A stretch of DNA of 64,000 nt from Macrostomum hystrix. Lineage: Eukaryota > Animalia > Platyhelminthes. A program made the position numbers and the translations under genes. Every line of letters starts with the position of its first letter. Within the stretch, counting starts at the first letter, position 1. Where the stretch lies: the NCBI GenBank assembly GCA_950097015.1, contig CATNEN010000038.1, forward strand, positions 31,186,001 through 31,250,000. The letters run 5' to 3'. The notes beneath the pieces were generated by a model, which was not told the origin of the DNA, searched no databases, and worked only from the letters and a program-made list of their open reading frames with translations. Shown here piece by piece: positions 48,801 through 59,850 of this stretch.

Positions 48801-51800
48801 AGATCAGGCGATAGGAGATGAGGCGATGGGAGATCAGGCGATAGGAGATCAGGCGATGGGAGATCAGGCGATGGGAGATCAGGCGACGGGAGATGAGCCG
48901 ATGGGAGATGAGGCGATGGGAGATCAGGCGATGGGAGATCAGGCGATAGGAGATGAGGCGATGGGAGATCAGGCGATGGGAGATCAGGCGATGGGAGATG
49001 TGGCGACGGGAGATGAGGCAATGAGAAATGAGGCGATGGAAGATCAGGCGATCGGAGATGAGACGGTGGGAGATCAGGCAATTGGAGATCAGGCAATGGG
49101 AGTTCTATCCCCTCAACTTCCTCCGAAGGAGGAATTCCGCTCGTAAATATACTAAAATTCACGTGTTGTTTGTCTGTCTGTCTGTCTGTTGGTTATCTCC
49201 TCCTAGAATACTGACAAGTCAACTTTGAAACTTATATGGGAAAATGGGAAATTTTCCTGGTCAGGCTATAGGCTATTTTAATTCTGAAATTTCAAATTCT
49301 AAGATCCTCAAAAAAGCAGAAAAATGATTTCGTAACCTTCTCTGGACACTTTTTTCTTTTGAGCTGAGAAAACTGGAGTCGGTAAAAGTGGTTGCGCTAT
49401 CATTTCGGCCTATCTGTTTAGTGTATTTTCTCTCCAGTGGAGGGTTGGCAGTCGGTTTGAAAATGGGGCGGAGAGTTGGCCGTACGCACATTCTAACTGT
49501 CCCTGTGTATTGGCGGAGAGAGGGTGCCGCGAGTTATTTCTATTGAGGGGTCTGATTTGTTCACTATTGAAGTGCGTACAATGGGCAGGGCAGAGTTGGC
49601 TGGGTTAAAATATAATTTTTTAATTTGCGGGCCTCTCAGTGTAGGCGGAGAAGAATTTACTTACTAAAAAACTGGCTGCCCTTTGCGCTAAAGGCAATGA
49701 AATTTCAACTGTGAATTTTGCTTTTGCTCTTATCATTTGAAAAGAACCGACCGAGTCGATTTGAGATCAGGCGATCGGAGCCGCGATGGGAGATGAGGCG
49801 ATGGGAGATCAGGCAATGGGAGATCAGGCGATGGGAGATCAGGCGATGGGAGATGAGGCGCTGGGAGATGAAGCGATGGGAGATGAGGCAATGAGAAATG
49901 AGGCGATGGGAGTTTGCGCTAAAGGCAATGAAATTTCAACTGTGAATTTTGCTTTTGCTTTTTAACATTTGAAAAGAACTGAGTCGATTTGAGATCAGGC
50001 AATGGGAGATCAGGCAATGGGAGATCAGGCGATGGGAGATGAGGCGATGGGAGATGAAGCGATGGGAGATGAGGCAATGAGAAATGAGGCGATGGGAGTT
50101 TTCGCTAAAGGCAATGAAATTTCAACTGTGAATTTTGCTTTTGCTTTTTAACATTTGAAAAGAACTGAGTCGATTTGAGATCAGGCAATGGGAGATCAGG
50201 CAATGGGAGATCAGGCGATGGGAGATGAGGCGATGGGAGATGAAGCGATGGGAGATGAGGCAATGAGAAATGAGGCGATGGGAGATCAGGCGATGGGAGA
50301 TGAGACGATGGGAGATGATGCGATGGGAGATTAGGCGATGGGAGATCAGGCGATAGGAGTTGAGGCGATGGGAGATGAAGCGATGGGAGATGAGGCGATG
50401 GGAGATCAGGCGATGGGAGATCGGGCGATGGGAGATGAGGCGATGGGAGATCAGGCGATGGGAGATGAGGGGATGGGAGATCAGGCGACGGGAGATGAGG
50501 CGATGGGAGATGAGGCAATGGGAGATCAGGCGATGGGAGATTAGGCGATGGGAGATCAGGCGATGGGAGATGAGGCGATGGGAGATTAGGCGATGGGAGA
50601 TCAGGCGATGGGAGATGAGGCGATGGGAGATTAGGCGATGGGAGATCAGGCGATAGGAGATGAGGCGATGGGAGATGAGGCGATGGGAGATCAGGCGACG
50701 GGAGATGAGGCGATGGGAGATCAGGCGATGGGAGATGAGGCGATGGGAGATCAGGCGATGGGAGATGAGGCGATGGGAGATCAGGCGATGGGAGATGAGG
50801 CGATGGGAGATGAGGCGATGGGAGATGAGGCAATGGGAGATGAGGCGATGGGAGATGAGGCGATGGGAGATCAGGCGATGGGAGATGTGGCGACGGGAGA
50901 TGAGGCAATGGGAGATCAGGCGACGGGAGATGAGGCGATGGGAGATCAGGCGATGGGAGATGAGGCGACGGGAGATCAGGCGATGGGAGATTAGGCGATA
51001 GGAGATCAGGCGATGGGAGATGAGGCGATTGGAGATGAGACGGTGGGAGATCAGGCGGGGGAAGATCAGGCGATTGGAGATCAGGCGATGGGAGTTCTCT
51101 CCCCTCAACCTCCTCCGGAATTTTTAAATTTGCGGGCCTCTCAGTGTAGGCGGAGAAGAATGTACTTATTACTAAAAAACTGGCTGCCCTTTGCGCTAAA
51201 GGCAATGAAATTTCAACTGTGAATTGTGCTTTTGCTTTTTAACATTTGAAAAGAACTGACTCGATTTGAGATCAGGCGATCGGAGCCGCGATGGGAGATG
51301 AGGCGATGGGAGATGAGGCGATGGGAGATTAGGCGATGGGAGATCAGGCGATGGGAGATCAGGCGATGGGAGATCAGCCGATGGGAGATTTGGCGATGGG
51401 AGATGAGGCGATGGGAGATGAGGAGATGGGAGATCAGGCGATGGGAGATCAGGCGATGGGAGATCAGGCGATGGGAGATGTGGCGACGGGAGATGAGGTG
51501 ATGGGTGATCAGGTGAAGGGAGATGAGGCGATGGGAGATCAGGCGATGGGAGATCAGGCAATGGGAGATCTGGCGATGGGAGATCAGGCGATAGGAGATG
51601 AGGCGATGGGAGATCAGGCGATGGGAGATGTGGCGACGGGAGATGAGGCAATGGGAGATCTGGCGATGGGACATCAGGCGATAGGAGATGAGGCGATGGG
51701 AGATGAGGCGATGGGAGATGAGACGGTGGGAGATCAGGCGGGGGAAGATCAGGCAATTGGAGATCAGGCGATGGGAGTTCTCTCCCCTCAACCTCCTCCG

Positions 51801-51847
51801 GAGGAGGAGTTTAGCTCGTATCTCTAAATATACTAAAATTCACGTGT

Positions 51848-51878
<31 letters not shown>

Positions 51879-54800
51879 TGGTTATCTCCTCCTAGAATAC
51901 TGACAAGTCAACTTTGAAACTTATATGGGAAAATGGGAAATTTTCCTGGTCAGGCTATAGGCTATTTTAATTCTGAAATTTCAAATTCTATGATCCTCAA
52001 AAAAGCAGAAAGGCTATTAAGTAGTATATAGTAGGCAAATGTCCTTCCCGCTGTGATGAAATTGGCCTCGGTTAAATGAGTTGCGTCAACATTTTGTGCC
52101 TATCTGTTTAGTGTATTTTCTCTCCAGTGGAGGGTTGGCAGTCGGTTTGAAAAAAAATGGGGCGGAGAGGTGGCCGTACGCACATTCTAACTGCCTCTGT
52201 GTATTGGCGGAGAGAGGGTGCCGTTAGTCAGTTCTATTGAGGGGTCTGATTTGTTCAATATTGAAGTGCGTACAATGGGCAGGGCAGAGTTGGCTGGGTT
52301 AAAATTCAATTTATAAAATTAGCGGGCCTCTCAGTGTAGGCGGAGAAGAATGTGCTTACTAAACTGGCTGCCTTTTGCAGAAATTTCAACTGAGAATTAT
52401 TATTTTGCTTTTTTAAGATTTGTGGATAAAATTTGTACTGCTGGAGAGAACTTGAAGTTCTAAATCCAGAGATATAAATTTCATTGCTGAATTCCGAAAA
52501 TTGGGGATGCCAAGGGCAAATAAAGTTTTTATACTTTTGCAATGCTTTCAGCTGTGTGTACAGTGTCTCGGCGAGATTGCTAAGGAGAGAGAATTCGCCA
52601 CAATACAGTTTCACACATTCCTATTCTCGAAGGCGGGCTGTTGAATTTTATTTATTGAAATTCGCACCTCTGACTGAGCGGGGCCCGGAGAACTCGCTGT
52701 TGTCAATATTAATGGCTCGGACTTCACCTGTTTTAACGGGTGGGGTTTAATTTAAAGTTGATGGAGTTCGCGCGATATGATTTCTAGCCCCTCAATCTTA
52801 TCCGAAAGTTGTCGTCTATTTTAATTCTGAAGATTCTGGGCATGGTAGCTAAAGAAAAATTGGTCAATTTTGAATTGTTTTCAACAGTTTAGTCGGACAA
52901 AAGGCGGTTTACGCACATTGCTACTTTCAGACATCATTGGGTGAGGATTTTTTGGTTAGTCAGTTTGGACACTGAGGTCTGAACTCTCTGAATTGAATAT
53001 AAAATGACTGTACATTCACGCAAGATCGCACGGGGTGATGAGGCGATGGGAGATCAGGCAATGGGAGATCAGGCGATGGGAGATGAGGCGATGGGAGATG
53101 AGGCGATAGGAGATGAGGCGATAGGAGATGAGGCGATGGGAGATGTGGCGACGGGAGATGAGGCGATGGGAGATTAGGCGATGGGAGATCAGGCGATAGG
53201 AGATGAGGCGATGGGAGATGAGGCGATGGGAGATCAGGCGACGGGAGATGAGGCGATGGGAGATGAGGCGATAGGAGATGAGGCGATGGTAGATGTGGCG
53301 ACGGGAGATGAGGCGATGGGAGATGAGGCGATAGGAGATGAGGCGATGGTAGATGTGGCGACGGGAGATGAGGGGATGGGAGTTTAGGCGATGGGAGATG
53401 AGGCGATGGGAGATGAGGCGATGGGAGATGAGGCGATAGGAGATGAGGCGATAGGAGATGAGGCGATGGGAGATGTGGCGACGGGAGATGAGGCGATGGG
53501 AGATGAGGCGATGGGAGATGAGGCGATAGGAGATGAGGCGATTGTAGATGTGGCGACGGAAAATGAGGCAATGGGAGTTTAGGCGATGGGAGATGTGACG
53601 ACGGGAGATGAGGTGATGGGTGATCAGGTGAAGGGAGATGAGGCGATGGGAGATGAGGCGATGGGAGATGAGGCGACGGGAGATGAGGGGATGGGAGATG
53701 AGGCGACGGGAGATGAGGGGATGGGAGATCAGGCGATGGGAGATGAGGCAATGGAAGATGAGGCGATGGGAGATGAGGGGATGGGAGATGAGGCGATGGG
53801 AGATGAGGCGATGGGAGATGAGGCGATGGGAGATGAGGGGATGGGAGATCAGGCGATGGGAGATGAGGCGATGGGAGATGAGGCGATGGGAGATGAGGGG
53901 ATGGGAGATGAGGCGATGGGAGATGAGGCGATGGGAGATGAGGCGATGGGAGATGAGGTGATGGGAGATGAGGCGACGGGAGATGAGGGGATGGGTGATC
54001 AGGCGATGGGAGATGAGGCGATGGAAGATGAGGCAATGGAAGATGAGGCGATGGGAGATGAGGGGATGGGAGATGAGGCGATGGGAGATGAGGCGATGGG
54101 AGATGAGGCGATGGGAGATGAGGGGATGGGAGATCAGGCGATGGGAGATGAGGCGATGGAAGATGAGGCGATGGGAGATGAGGGGATGGGAGATGAGGCG
54201 ATGGGAGATGAGGCAATGGGAGATGAGGCGATGGGAGATGAGGTGATGGGAGATGAGGCGATGGGAGATGAGGCGATGGGAGATCAGGCGATGGGAGATC
54301 AGGCGATAGGAGATGAGGCGATGGGAGATCAGGCGATGGGAGATGTGGCGAAGGGAGATGAGGCAATTGGAGATCAGGCGATAGGAGATCAGGCGATGGG
54401 AGATGAGGCGATTGGAGATGAGACGGTGGGAGATCAGGCGGGGGAAGATCAGGCGATTGGAGATCAGGCGATGGGAGTTCTCTCCCCTCAACCTCCTCCG
54501 GAGGAGGAGTTTAGCTCGTAAATATACTAAAATTCACGTGTTGTTTGTCTGTCTGTCTGTCTGTCTGTTGGTTATCTCCTCCTAGAATACTGACAAGTCA
54601 ACTTTGAAACTTATATGGGAAAATGGGAAATTTTCCTGGTCAGGCTATAGGCTATTTTAATTCTGAAATTTCAAATTCTAAGATCCTCAAAAAAGCAGAA
54701 AAATGATTTCGTAACCTTCTCTGGACACTTTTTTCTTTTGAGCTGAGAAAACTGGAGTCGGTAAAAGTGGTTGCGCTATCATTTCGGCCTATCTGTTTAG

Positions 54801-55856
54801 TGTATTTTCTCTCCAGTGGAGGGTTGGCAGTCGGTTTGAAAATGGGGCGGAGAGGTGGCCGTACGCACATTCTAACTGTCCCTGTGTATTGGCAGATAGA
54901 GGGTGCCGCGAGTTATTTCTATTGAGGGGTCTGATTTGTTCAATATTGAAGTGCCTACAATGGGCTGGGGCGGAGTTGGTGGGGTTAAAATTCTATTATT
55001 AAACTTGGCAGGCCTCTCACTGTAGGCGGAGAAGAATGTGCTTGCTAAACTGGCTGCCCTATGCGCTAAAGGCAATGAAATTTCAACTGTGAATTGTGCT
55101 TTTGCTTTTTAACATTTGAAAAGAACTGAGGCGATTTGAGATCAGGCAATGGGAGATCAGGCGATGGGAGATCAGGCGATGGGAGATCAGGCGATGGGAG
55201 ATGAGGCGATGGGAGATCAGGCGATGGGAGATCAGGCGATGGGAGATGTGGCGACGGGAGATGAGGCAATGAGAAATGAGGCGATGGGAGATCAGGCGAT
55301 AGGAGATGTGGCGACGGGAGATGAGGCGATGGGAGATCAGGCGATGGGAGATGAGGCGATGGGAGATGAGGCGATGGGAGATGAGGCGATGGGAGATTAG
55401 GCGATGGGAGATCAGGCGATAGGAGATGAGGCGATGGGAGATGAGACGATGGGAGATGATGCGATGGGAGATTAGGCGATGGGAGATGAGGTGATGGGTG
55501 ATCAGGTGATGGGAGATGAGGCGATGGGAGATCAGGCGACGGGAGATGAGGCGATGGGAGATCAGGCAATGGGAGATCAGGCGATGGGAGATAAGGCGAT
55601 GGGAGATGAGGCGATGGGAGATGAGGCGATGGGAGATGAGGCGATGGGAGATGAGGCGATGGGAGATGAGGCGATGGGAGATGAGGCGATGGGAGATGAG
55701 GCGATGGGAGATGAGGCGATGGGAGATGAGGCGATGGGAGATGAGGCGATGGGAGATCAGGCGATGGGAGATCAGGCGATAGGAGATGACGCGATGGGAG
55801 ATCAGGCGATGGGAGTTCTCTCCTCTCAACCTCCTCCGGAGGAGGAGTTTAGCTCG
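33719..55856 (+). mobile_element. Head-to-tail array of ~12 non-autonomous Helitron-like elements (approximate 3' ends: 35498, 37055, 39256, 41054, 43519, 45819, 47791, 49143, ~51120, 51818, 54518, 55856)
   Basis: Typical unit: 5' (TCTC)TAAATATACTAA, a (GT)n/(GTCT)n microsatellite, 0.6-1.2 kb conserved body, 15-bp minisatellite, perfect palindrome cctcctccggaggagg, then ..tttagCTCG usually followed by T. No TIR or TSD; no Rep/helicase ORF. Confidence 0.8.
34330..55815 (+). repeat. 15-bp G-rich minisatellite blocks (gggagatSaggcgat)n inside each Helitron-like unit
   Basis: Blocks of roughly 0.1-1.5 kb; they generate all the (HRLIS)n/(PHLPS)n/(MGDEA)n/(MRRWE)n ORFs. Confidence 0.97.
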
Positions 55857-57059
55857 TACTATGATAAAGTTATTGAGGTACACAATACAAGTGAAACCGT
55901 GACGCTCGCCTTTCACTTAAAAAGGACAGTACAACTTTGCATATATTACTACTTGAAGTAATAGGGTATAAGCAGAAAATAAAATTGACACTATTTCGAC
56001 AGAAAATATTTAGATGGAACACACACACGTTTTGCTAGCCGCAACCCAGCCGCATGACTTTTTAAAATCACTTGTACTACATGCAAAATCCGTCTTTCCT
56101 AATAGATTTCGACTAGATATAATTGTACCACACGCTAAATCATCTTCATATTGCCAATCATGTCACTATTGAAGCCTTCAAATGTCCGGATTTAGAAAAA
56201 TCGGTGCGGCTGGCATTGGGCTGATCACTTGCGTCCTCGCTTCTGACTAGATTCTTGTACCGTTTTTACTACGCGCCCTATACTCTTCCCGAGAGGCTCC
56301 TGCTGTCTCTGCTTTAAGCGCTGCCCCGACAGGTTCTATCGGTTGGCACAACTTCTGCCTATTTTTGGCTTCTTTGAAATAAATGACAAAATTTAGGGGG
56401 ACATCGTTTTTGCCGTATTGCAAAGTCAATTGATCGCAACAAGAGCTCGTATTTTACTTGTAAGCGCTGGTACTAGCAATGTTAGGTTTTCGTCACAATA
56501 CACTAAGCTTATGATTATGATTACATCACAACGCGTGTTGGTGCATAAAATATGCACTACCTAGCTTTTACTTATTCACAACTACATAATGCTTAATGTA
56601 CACCTCAAAAATTTTTCTAATTCAAGGCCGGCAAATTCAGAAACATGTGCTATTTCTAATGAATATAATGAGCAGACCAAGACTAAGTAGACATTAGGAT
56701 ATAATACTGTTATGTAGTGACTTGCAGCCAGCGCGTGTACGCTGAGTACACAGCGCTGGCAGCCGTCTGTTTAACATGGCTGACTATCAATTCATTGTAC
56801 GCGCTATTTTATCACCTCTAATCCTTGCATCAAACGTGCCGTCGCCTAAAAAATATATATCGGCTGTTCTTTCCTTTGTTCTTTCCCTTCGCTGATTTGT
56901 TCAGAGCGTGGAGCTCTGACTGTTTTCGTTGCTCTCGTGCACTAAATATCACCAGTCTAGAGTTATTTCAAACACCTCAACGTCAACGCCAGTCGTCAGG
57001 TAGGCGACAAACGAAGGTATTGCCTACTTCAACGCAGAAATCAGACAGACTTTACTGCA

Positions 57060-59072
57060 TCAAGTATTTATGAAAACCACACCCCTGATAAAGGCTCTGC
57101 AGATGGGGCAGGTCTTGAGGGACTTGGCGCACACCGAGCAGCAGGCCACGTGACCACAGTCCAGGAGTAAGATGTTCACCTCCTTGTCCATGCACACCTT
57201 GCACGTCTTCCAGTCGTTTGTATCGCGGGGTCTCGGCTGCTGATTCAGAGGCTCCTTGATCTCGGCCAGTCTGCTCTCGAAGAATGTCTCGGGATCCTGC
57301 GACTGCTGGCGCATGCGGCGGCTCTCGGTGAGCATGAAGTCGAGGAACAGCTCCGATGTGGCAAAGTCGTCGCCTCGCTGTCTGAGATGCAGCTCTGTGA
57401 ACAGGCGGACTTGCAGAGCAGAGAATCCGAGCTGAGTGAGCAGTCTCACAACCGGCAGATCAGCCCTCGCCTTGATGTCTCTGGCCTCGACTCTGAACTC
57501 AACTCCACGCGTGATTGCGAGCGCCTCGTCTGTGCGACTGCTGCGGACTGCGGAGGAGCCGCCGACACTCACCGCCGAAGCTGCACCTGACGGATCAGGT
57601 GAGTCTCTCTGCACCGATGCAGCGGCACGATGAGTAACTCCGACCTTCGACACGGGAGGCGACAGTCGGTGCACCGCCTGCACAAAGTCGCTGCCTCGCT
57701 CCAACAACACGTGAGCACAGCGAGGTGACCACCGTGCGTGCTGCACCCACACATCATCGTCGCAGCTCCACTCACTCATGCGGAGTCCACAGCTGAAGCA
57801 GCAGGTCGCTCTCTCCTCACTCGAGTAGAAGAAGCCCGCCTTCGCCAGCAAGTACACCGGCTGCGGAACGAGTGCCGATCGCAGAGACTTTGATCTCTCT
57901 TGGTAGCTCTCGAACTGCTCATGTTTGGCAGTCACACTCGATGGGTCCGTCTCAAGACTGTGCTGCAGAGCGGACAGGTTCGTGAGCGCTCTCTCGGAGC
58001 ACGCGGATCGAGCCACCTCGCTTGACACTGCCAGCCGAGGACGCCTCGTCAGGTCGAGTGAGATGAGCTCGTCATGAGCAGCAGCACTCGGTGATCCGTA
58101 CTGAGCTCTAGTCCACCTCGATCTCACTCCGTCTGTCGCCATCGCCCACTCCGACATCTCAGTGAGCTCCATGGGAGGCAGCTCAGAGATCAGCCTCATG
58201 CTCCAGTCTCCGCTCACCATCACTGCCTCGGCATGTGCGGTGTGCTCAGTGCACAGTACTGCCTCCACCTGCACTGCCGACCTCGCCTCTCCTTCTGGCT
58301 CTCTGTGCTCTCGGGGCACGTTGCCCACATCGACGAACAGCACGAACGGACAGGTCGAGAAGTGGCGTCTGTGAGCCTCTCGCACCTGCTCACCCGCCTC
58401 CCAGTCCTTGAGCACACCCTTGCAGAAGGCGCACTTCACTCTGTCCGACTCCTGCAGGTAGAAGAATCCGTCAGCAGCCAGATCCGTCACTGACACCAGG
58501 TGAGACGCAGTGAATGACGCATCAGGCAGGTGGAAGGACTGCCACCTGTTGTCCTCACGTCTCATGTCCCACAGGTGCTGAGGAATAGAGGCCGGCATTC
58601 CAGTCGTGTCCCATCGCTGATTGCGGAAGTCCAGAGTCTGCGGCACGGACTGAGCTCTGCCACCAGGAGTGCTGTTGTTGTAGTACCTCAGCACCTTGCT
58701 TCTTGCATTTTGAATCATGGTTCTGCTATCAATTAAGCCTATCGAATCTTCCTGTCTAAGGGCAGCAGCAATTAGCATTCGTCTCTTGTTCATTTCCTTG
58801 TCTGCGATGGCTGTCAATTGGAGAATAGTAAGCCAAGTTTTTGAATCATGGTGTGCTGCTGCATTGTTGTGTTCCGGCTGAGCCCTGAGGAACTCATCGG
58901 TGGGCATTAGGGCATTGCTTGTAAATTCAAAATCTCTCATGTCAATATCAGTTCTGGGTTGGTCTGAATAATTCATGTAGCTTATGATGTCCTCGCGGGC
59001 TGCTCTGCGAAACCCGGAATCAAACTGCCAGTTACGCACATGTTGAACATTTGCTACTCGTAGGTCTGACAT
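57060..59072 (-). CDS. IAP copy 4 (BIR-BIR-UBA-like-RING), 670 aa
   Basis: Same motifs; core (57085..58700) near-identical to the other copies; unique ~124-aa N-terminus; tail VVFINT. Confidence 0.93.
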   Translation of the reverse strand: MSDLRVANVQHVRNWQFDSGFRRAAREDIISYMNYSDQPRTDIDMRDFEFTSNALMPTDEFLRAQPEHNNAAAHHDSKTWLTILQLTAIADKEMNKRRMLIAAALRQEDSIGLIDSRTMIQNARSKVLRYYNNSTPGGRAQSVPQTLDFRNQRWDTTGMPASIPQHLWDMRREDNRWQSFHLPDASFTASHLVSVTDLAADGFFYLQESDRVKCAFCKGVLKDWEAGEQVREAHRRHFSTCPFVLFVDVGNVPREHREPEGEARSAVQVEAVLCTEHTAHAEAVMVSGDWSMRLISELPPMELTEMSEWAMATDGVRSRWTRAQYGSPSAAAHDELISLDLTRRPRLAVSSEVARSACSERALTNLSALQHSLETDPSSVTAKHEQFESYQERSKSLRSALVPQPVYLLAKAGFFYSSEERATCCFSCGLRMSEWSCDDDVWVQHARWSPRCAHVLLERGSDFVQAVHRLSPPVSKVGVTHRAAASVQRDSPDPSGAASAVSVGGSSAVRSSRTDEALAITRGVEFRVEARDIKARADLPVVRLLTQLGFSALQVRLFTELHLRQRGDDFATSELFLDFMLTESRRMRQQSQDPETFFESRLAEIKEPLNQQPRPRDTNDWKTCKVCMDKEVNILLLDCGHVACCSVCAKSLKTCPICRAFIRGVVFINT

Positions 59073-59269
59073 TGTCTTGTAGATGTCTTCGGTTGAAGTT
59101 TCGACCGTAAATATATGGAGACTTGGAGGTTTCTTCGGTTGGAGACGAAGCAGTTTTTCCTGATAGAATCGTATTCGACAAGTGACGTTTCTGAAAGTGT
59201 TATGAAGAGGACATTAATTTTAGTGTAAATGTTTTGAATACAGAACAAATCAGAGTGATGCTGAACCAA

Positions 59270-59850
59270 GGGGGGGCGAGTGGGTCAGCGGCTAGCGTCG
59301 CTGCCTCGCACTCCAATGGACGCTAGTTCGATTCTCCCTTCAAGTCACGATTAATTTCGTGTGGTTTGGACAGTAGCGACCGGCGAAGGTGCACCATATT
59401 TCATGCAATCAAAGCTTGAAATAATAGCTTCGCTCCTACCTTCTGTGTGCCTGTTCTGCGTTGTGTGAGTTGTGTGCGTTGGCGTTGGCGCTGGGGCGTG
59501 AGGCCTTGCGGGGGGTGGCTGGGGGCGGGTGTACACCGCCGCGCGCTTTCTGGATTTCCGTCAGCGCGATTGGATAAGTGTACACTCATCACCCGGCCCC
59601 TCGTGAGGACTGATTTCTTATCAGCCTTCCGCCCCGGCTTGGTCTGCTATGTGCGTGTGGGGCTGGGGTGGGGGACACTGCTGCATATTCTGGGTGCCTC
59701 CTGCCCTCCTCGGCTGGTCTGTGCTGCTGTGTGTGGTGCCTGCTCAGGGGAGGCGGCGCGATGGGCGCTAAGCGCCTAGTTCGCCGGTCTGGGGGCGTGC
59801 CGCTCCGTCGCTTGTGCGACAAGTGCCCCGGGCCCCCCTGCAAATAGATA
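59270..59850 (+). mobile_element. GC-rich element with tRNA-like head (SINE-like); possible diverged relative at ~18600-18900
   Basis: A-box-like tgggtcagcgg and B box gttcgattc at 59281-59335. The body (gcgattgg..tgtacac..cacc..tcagcc..cgcc..cttggtct) loosely matches 18630-18735. Confidence 0.45.

Noticed and set aside
39850-52750. Repeated ORFs MKLYCGEF.. and MYSVSARL..
   Set aside because: Short overlapping opposite-strand frames in the optional array module, with variable ends and no Rep/helicase motifs.
34317-55961. Long ORFs (HRLIS)n, (PHLPS)n, (MGDEA)n, (MRRWE)n of up to 528 aa
   Set aside because: By-products of a 15-bp repeat that is open in most frames on both strands; many use non-ATG starts; no unique coding sequence.
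9758-58736. Recurrent short ORFs overlapping each IAP
   Set aside because: Alternative-frame or antisense shadows, repeated only because the core DNA is near-identical.
9500-59072. IAP core as a mobile cassette or retrocopy inserted into unrelated DNA
   Set aside because: No TSD, TIR or poly(A). Protein similarity continues beyond the DNA-identity borders (N-terminal RM..LRQ motif; synonymous-only differences in CPICRAFIRG). Not fully excluded for copy 2.
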